Assembly: GCA_963674705.1 (NCBI GenBank)
Contig: OY771506.1
Location: 1,632,001-1,696,000, forward strand
DNA: 64,000 nucleotides
Origin: Phycisphaeraceae bacterium
GTDB taxonomy: Bacteria > Planctomycetota > Phycisphaerae > Phycisphaerales > Phycisphaeraceae
Direction of reading: 5' to 3'
The position numbers were made by a program, and so were the translations under genes. Within the stretch, counting starts at the first letter, position 1. Each line of letters opens with the position of its first letter. The notes under the pieces are model-generated. The model ran no database searches and was not told the origin of the DNA. It saw nothing but the letters and a program-made list of their open reading frames with translations. Shown here piece by piece: positions 59,167 through 64,000 of this stretch.

Positions 59167-60222
59167 TTATTTACGGCGGACCAACGCGGTCGCGCCGAGC
59201 GTGAGCAGGGTCAGAGCAGCAGCTGGTTCGGGCACGGCGACGGTCGGGGGCGAGCCGGCGTTCCAGTTGCTGAGCACGATGTCCAGGTCGTCGAGGCCGA
59301 CGAAGCCATCAGGCGATGTACCGGCGGGGCCGGCGATGTCGGCGGTAGTGTCGCTGCTGTTCCAGTTGTTCAGGATGATGTCGAGGTCGGAGAGTCCGAC
59401 GAAGCCGTCACCGTCCAGATCGCCGGTGATGGTGAACCAGCTACGGATGGCGGAGAAGTCCTGGAGGAAGGACTGGTCATCCCAGTCGTTGGGTGCGCCG
59501 AAGGTGCTGTTGTCGGCATCGTCATAGTCGCTGACGGTGGCGGCGCTTGAAGGATTGAGTTCGAGGCGGCCGACTTCCTGGCTGTTGATACCGCCACCGA
59601 GCCAGCCGAAGACGGCCTCGCCGATCGGGCCGGAGATGGTGTTGCCCTGGTCGTCCTTGATGGTGCCGGCCCAATCGTCGTTATCTGTTTTGAAAGCGCC
59701 GGTGGTGAAGAGGCTGGTGTCGCTGAGCCAGGCGTTGATCCACCAGTCGCCGTTACCGGGGTCGTAGCTGAAGTCGGTATCAACGTTGAACGGTGTTCCG
59801 ACGGCGTCGGCGATGTAGTTGAAGTCATTGTCCTGAAGGTTGGCGACTTCGGGGACCAGGTCATCGACGGTTTCGATGATGGTGATGATGGTGCCGGCGC
59901 GGAGGTTGGACCAACGGGCATCATTAGAGAAGGTCAGCGTGCCGGCATCAGGATCGGAGTTGGTGTATTCGAGCGTCCAGCCACGGATATCCAGGTGATC
60001 GACGGTGACGACGAGTTCGACCCAGTTGCCGCCGTTGCCCTGGATGCGGCCGAAGTAGCTGTCGTAGCCTTCCCAGGGTTTAAGTGAATCGTATTCGAGG
60101 AACTTGGCCTCCCCGACGGCGTTGTATTCATTGATGACCAGTTCCCCGGCCGCGAGCGCATGCGAGGCGCTGAAAAGTCCGCCCAGCAGAACCGCGCTGT
60201 AACCTATACCACGAAGATTCAT
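59167..60222 (-). CDS. Lamin-tail-like plus dockerin-like PEP-CTERM protein
   Basis: LVINEYN, NWVELVV, LDIRGWTL, paired DGFVGLxDLDI.L.NWN, VPEPAAALTLL...RRK. Confidence 0.85.
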   Translation of the reverse strand: MNLRGIGYSAVLLGGLFSASHALAAGELVINEYNAVGEAKFLEYDSLKPWEGYDSYFGRIQGNGGNWVELVVTVDHLDIRGWTLEYTNSDPDAGTLTFSNDARWSNLRAGTIITIIETVDDLVPEVANLQDNDFNYIADAVGTPFNVDTDFSYDPGNGDWWINAWLSDTSLFTTGAFKTDNDDWAGTIKDDQGNTISGPIGEAVFGWLGGGINSQEVGRLELNPSSAATVSDYDDADNSTFGAPNDWDDQSFLQDFSAIRSWFTITGDLDGDGFVGLSDLDIILNNWNSSDTTADIAGPAGTSPDGFVGLDDLDIVLSNWNAGSPPTVAVPEPAAALTLLTLGATALVRRK

Positions 60223-60639
60223 GTTGTGTCCTTTCTGTGCCGGGTGGATGTACGAACAGCCTGCCGGTCACCTCCTGTTGATTGAGGCGGCATTCTGGCG
60301 AAGCTTTGTTAACTGCGATTGAGTGCGGCGCTAGGAAAGGGTTAATAAAGTCAGCGTGGCGGTTGCGTATCTTTAGAGCACGCTTCCATATAGGAAAGTT
60401 TTTTTGTTGATCTTTCATGGATGGCCGGTTAACATCACCGGCTGATGACAACCACCCTCTGAAACAGTCTGGTCGAAGCACGTACGCATATGCGTGTGTT
60501 GCTGCGCGCCGAAGTATCCACGGCGACGATCGTCCAGACTGACACCCGGCCATACGGATAAACCCCAGTCGATTGTTTTTTCGTCGGCGCGCTTGTGTTG
60601 TACGCGGAGCGTACGGGCGCCCGATCGGGTGAGTTATAT

Positions 60640-61005
60640 ATGTCACGAAGAGGTAAACAGTATTCGGAAGGTTTCCGATGCATCCGTTGTGGATTTGATG
60701 TGCGCAGCGAGTCACGCGGGACGCGCCATCGCAACCACTGTCCTTATTGTTTGTGGTCACGGCACGTGGATCACGCGCCGGGCGATCGCGCGTGTGGGTG
60801 CCGGTCGGCGATGGAGCCGATCGGGATCGATGTGCGTATGGATGGCGAGTGGGCGTTGATCCATCGCTGCACGGGTTGCGGGGCGATCCGCATCAACCGG
60901 ATTGCGGGCGACGATCAGGAGCTGGCGTTGTTACAGTTGGCGCTTCGGCCGCTGGCGAACCCGCCGTTCCCATTGGATGGTTTGCCGGTGATGGGTCGGT
61001 CTTGA
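60640..61005 (+). CDS. RNHCP domain protein
   Basis: FRCIRCG, RNHCPYCLWSRHVD, GDRACGC, IHRCTGCG. Confidence 0.93.
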   Translation: MSRRGKQYSEGFRCIRCGFDVRSESRGTRHRNHCPYCLWSRHVDHAPGDRACGCRSAMEPIGIDVRMDGEWALIHRCTGCGAIRINRIAGDDQELALLQLALRPLANPPFPLDGLPVMGRS

Positions 61006-61013
61006 CCATGCGC

Positions 61014-61433
61014 CTACTTCTCCTCGGGCTGTCTGCTTCTAAGCCATTGCAGCGCATCGTCTGTGTTTTTGAAGGCCTGCGCGGTCGCCACTCCGTGCTT
61101 GGTCAAGAACATGGTGGCGAACTTGGCGGTTTCCAGGACCTCTTTGTCATGAGAAACCCACGCGATGTGGTGCCGGGGCGTGTATCCGTTATCGGAGAAG
61201 ACCTGCTTGAGTTGAGCGTTATGCGTGATAGACATGGGTACCGTCGCGATGCTCTCGCCGAGGATGTTGTAGCAGTTGTGCTCCTTGCAAGCCTTGGCGG
61301 CATCGTGAAAAACCTTACGGAAGCGTTCCAGGGATGCTTCGTTGGCGACGAGTTTGATGTAGATGTAGTCCGCACGTTTTTCAATGATGTAGTCCGCGTC
61401 CATTGGAGGCAACTCTCTTGTAGGCAAAGGCAT
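61014..61433 (-). CDS. Hypothetical STAS/SEC14 (SpoIIAA-like) protein
   Basis: Alpha/beta pattern ending FKNTDDALQWL; paralogous to the next gene. Confidence 0.65.
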   Translation of the reverse strand: MPLPTRELPPMDADYIIEKRADYIYIKLVANEASLERFRKVFHDAAKACKEHNCYNILGESIATVPMSITHNAQLKQVFSDNGYTPRHHIAWVSHDKEVLETAKFATMFLTKHGVATAQAFKNTDDALQWLRSRQPEEK

Positions 61434-61654
61434 TTGTATGTGTTTTGGATGTTGGGAGGCGACTGGTGGAGCACCCGTCGTGCGGATGTCATCGCGTCAC
61501 ATTAAAAGAACTGTAGCAATCTTATTAAAAAAGTCAATTTGGTATTATGATGTTGATCGACGGCATGGTGGTGAGTGATTGCAGACACAGGCCTGCCGGG
61601 ATTCTTGTTCGTCACTACACGTGGAACGATTACGTAACGTGTAGTGAATACGGA

Positions 61655-62047
61655 TTACTGATCTACCGGTTGGTGTTGTCCCAGAAGCCAGTCACATGCC
61701 TCGTCCATCGTGTCGAAGAGGAAGCCGGTGACCAGACCTCGGTTCTTCAAGACCATTTCTACAAACCTGGCCTGATCGGCGACCGGTTTTGCGTGCGTGA
61801 CCCAGGCGAGGCGGTGGCGGGGTGTGATGCCGACTTCCCGGAAGATTTCGGCGTGCTCGAAAGCTTCGGTCGTGGACATGGGTTTGGTCGCGAAGCTTTC
61901 TCCGAGGATGTTGTAGCAGTTATGCTCTTGGCAAGCCTGTGCGATAGCGCCAAAGAACCGGCGGGAGAACTCGGCGGATGCCTGCTCGGCCTCGATCCTG
62001 ACATAAATGTAATTGTCACGTTTTTCGATCGTGAAGCCTTCTGCCAT
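61655..62047 (-). CDS. Paralogous STAS/SEC14-like protein
   Basis: Shares IEKR..YIY, AC.EHNCYNILGES, TPRH..AWV and F....A..WL with 61014-61433. Confidence 0.65.
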   Translation of the reverse strand: MAEGFTIEKRDNYIYVRIEAEQASAEFSRRFFGAIAQACQEHNCYNILGESFATKPMSTTEAFEHAEIFREVGITPRHRLAWVTHAKPVADQARFVEMVLKNRGLVTGFLFDTMDEACDWLLGQHQPVDQ

Positions 62048-62584
62048 CGGATACCTTCCGAGTGTTGTGCGGGAACTGACAAAAACGATCCGTCCGTCGT
62101 TGCGACCTCTTTATCAGGCGGATTGGAAAACTGCCTTGTTATGTCAAACAATCCTTGGATATCGAGGTACGCTTGAAACAGGATAGCAAAATTTAAGCAA
62201 ATTGTTAAGATCGATACGATCGCAGATTTATAAATGCGCAAGTCATTTCGCGCATGGTAATCCACGCGCGGTAAACATCAAGTAAAAATACCTTCAAGAT
62301 TGTTATGCTTGCTGACAGGGTTAGACCGAAAAGCGTAAGCCTGTCTGAAATGGTTCTATTCACAAAGCATAACGCTTCAAATTAACAGACATCATTTCAT
62401 AAGTGAATCGCACTTAGGGCTGCGGTCTTATGCAAAAGCGATCTTTAAATGGTATCTGTTCTGATAAAGCCGATAAGAAGTGTATAATTTCATCGTTTCC
62501 AACATGCCCGCTTTTTTGAGAAACAGTAAGGTCAGGTGTTGGGCTATTCCTTTACAGGTGTTCGTAAACAGGAAGGATTTGCGG

Positions 62585-64000
62585 ATGAGCAAGTCGCATG
62601 GGTGCTGGTCCAGGCGGATTCACATTTTTCTAACAGCTCTACTGATTGCAGGATGTCAGCCGATGACAGAAGTCGATAAACAAAACCCCACCGAGCAGCC
62701 GATGCAAACGGGTAAGTTCGAGCCGACGTGGGATTCACTTACCCAGTACGAAACACCCGGATGGTTCCGTGACGCGAAGTTCGGCATCTGGGCGCACTGG
62801 GGACCGCAGTGCGAGCCGGAAAGCAGCGACTGGTACGCAAGGCACATGTACAGCCAGGGACACTGGCAGTACAACCGGCACGTCGAGCGGTACGGCCACC
62901 CGTCGAAGTTCGGTTTCAAGGATGTGATCCACGAATGGAAGGCGGAGAACTGGAACCCGGATGAACTGGTCGGGCTCTACAAGCGGGCCGGGGCACAGTA
63001 CTTCTTTGCGATGGCGAACCATCATGACAACCTTGATATGTGGGACAGCACGTATCAGCCCTGGAACTCCGTCGCTGTCGGGCCGAAGCGCAACATCATC
63101 GGCGAATGGGCGGAGGCTGCGAAGAAGCACGGGCTGCGGTTCGGCATCAGCGTGCACGCGGCGCATGCGTGGAGCTGGTACGAGACGGCACAGGGCGCTG
63201 ATCGCGAGGGGCCGCTCGCCGGTGTGCCTTACGATGGCAAACTCACCAAGGCTGACGGCAAAGGCACATGGTGGGAAGGGCTCGACCCGCAGGACCTTTA
63301 CGAACAGGACCATACGCCAAGCCCCGACTTCCAGAACCTGGGCAAGATCCACGGGCGTTGGGAATGGGGCGGCGGCGCGAGTAAGCCCGATGAAGCATAC
63401 TGTCAGAAGTTCTACAACCGCACCGCAGACTTGATCAACAAGTATCACCCCGACCTGATCTACTTCGACGATACCGCCCTGCCGTTGTGGCCTGTCAGTG
63501 ATGTCGGGCTCAAGATTGCAGCGCATTATTACAACAGCAACATGCTCCGTCATGACGGCAAGCTCGAAGCGGTGCTCTTCGGTAAGGTGCTTGATGAGCA
63601 GCAGCAACAGTGCATGACCTGGGACATCGAACGCGGCACGAGCCCGCGCATCGAGCCTTTGGCTTTCCAGAGTGATACCTGCCTGGGGAGCTGGCACTAC
63701 GACCGCGGTATCTATGAACGCGGCGATTACAAGTCCGCGACGCTTGTCATCCACATGCTCGCTGACATCGTCAGCAAGAACGGCAACCTGCTGCTTAGCG
63801 TGCCGGTGCGCGGTGACGGCACGATCGATGAAAAAGAACGCGCGATCGTCGAAGCGATCGGCGACTGGATGCAAGTCAACAGCGAAGCGATCTTCGCGAC
63901 GCGGCCGTGGAAAGTCTTAGGCGAGGGCCCGGCGATCGCAGACGCCCCACCGATCGAAGCGCAGGGATTCAACGAAGGCAAAGGCAAGCCGTTTACCTCG
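62585..64000 (+). CDS. Alpha-L-fucosidase GH29 lipoprotein (runs off the window end; absent from the ORF track)
   Basis: Translated by hand: MSKS...LIAG-C lipobox, FEPTWDSL, WFRDAKFGIWAHWGPQ, ANHHD, PDLIYFDD, DIVSKNGNLLL. Confidence 0.92.
   Translation, partial: MSKSHGCWSRRIHIFLTALLIAGCQPMTEVDKQNPTEQPMQTGKFEPTWDSLTQYETPGWFRDAKFGIWAHWGPQCEPESSDWYARHMYSQGHWQYNRHVERYGHPSKFGFKDVIHEWKAENWNPDELVGLYKRAGAQYFFAMANHHDNLDMWDSTYQPWNSVAVGPKRNIIGEWAEAAKKHGLRFGISVHAAHAWSWYETAQGADREGPLAGVPYDGKLTKADGKGTWWEGLDPQDLYEQDHTPSPDFQNLGKIHGRWEWGGGASKPDEAYCQKFYNRTADLINKYHPDLIYFDDTALPLWPVSDVGLKIAAHYYNSNMLRHDGKLEAVLFGKVLDEQQQQCMTWDIERGTSPRIEPLAFQSDTCLGSWHYDRGIYERGDYKSATLVIHMLADIVSKNGNLLLSVPVRGDGTIDEKERAIVEAIGDWMQVNSEAIFATRPWKVLGEGPAIADAPPIEAQGFNEGKGKPFTS

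Noticed and set aside
62446..62476. Sigma-28 promoter before the fucosidase (GCCGATAA)
   Set aside because: The upstream TAAA is 19 bp away rather than about 15.

Overview
High-GC bacterial chromosomal window. A planctomycete, probably Phycisphaerae, is inferred from the PEP-CTERM proteins with paired GDxxGDGFVG dockerin-like repeats, the H-X9-DG prepilin and the acidic FtsK. It carries phoBR-pstSCAB-phoU, a photolyase cluster, a type II secretion (Gsp-like) operon, a c-heme MCP, an orphan Type III-like DNA methyltransferase, a hoxEFUYHW bidirectional NiFe hydrogenase, duplicated HesB-like genes, ftsK, a PEP-CTERM/lamin-tail/prepilin/beta-propeller cluster and a truncated GH29 fucosidase. No tRNA, rRNA, CRISPR array or transposase was seen. 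The main unexplained signals are: (1) a sharp, gene-orientation-independent C-rich to G-rich strand switch at about 40.2 kb, centred on a 17-bp palindrome in a long gap between convergent genes; (2) at least six families of REP/MITE-like palindromic elements, often nested, which bound single-gene units and are translated in frame inside the cleavable leaders of pseudopilins GspI and GspK; (3) 11-bp-phased Pho-box-like arrays before pstS and phoB, and also before the distant PEP-CTERM cluster. All counts are hand counts; no database searches were run.
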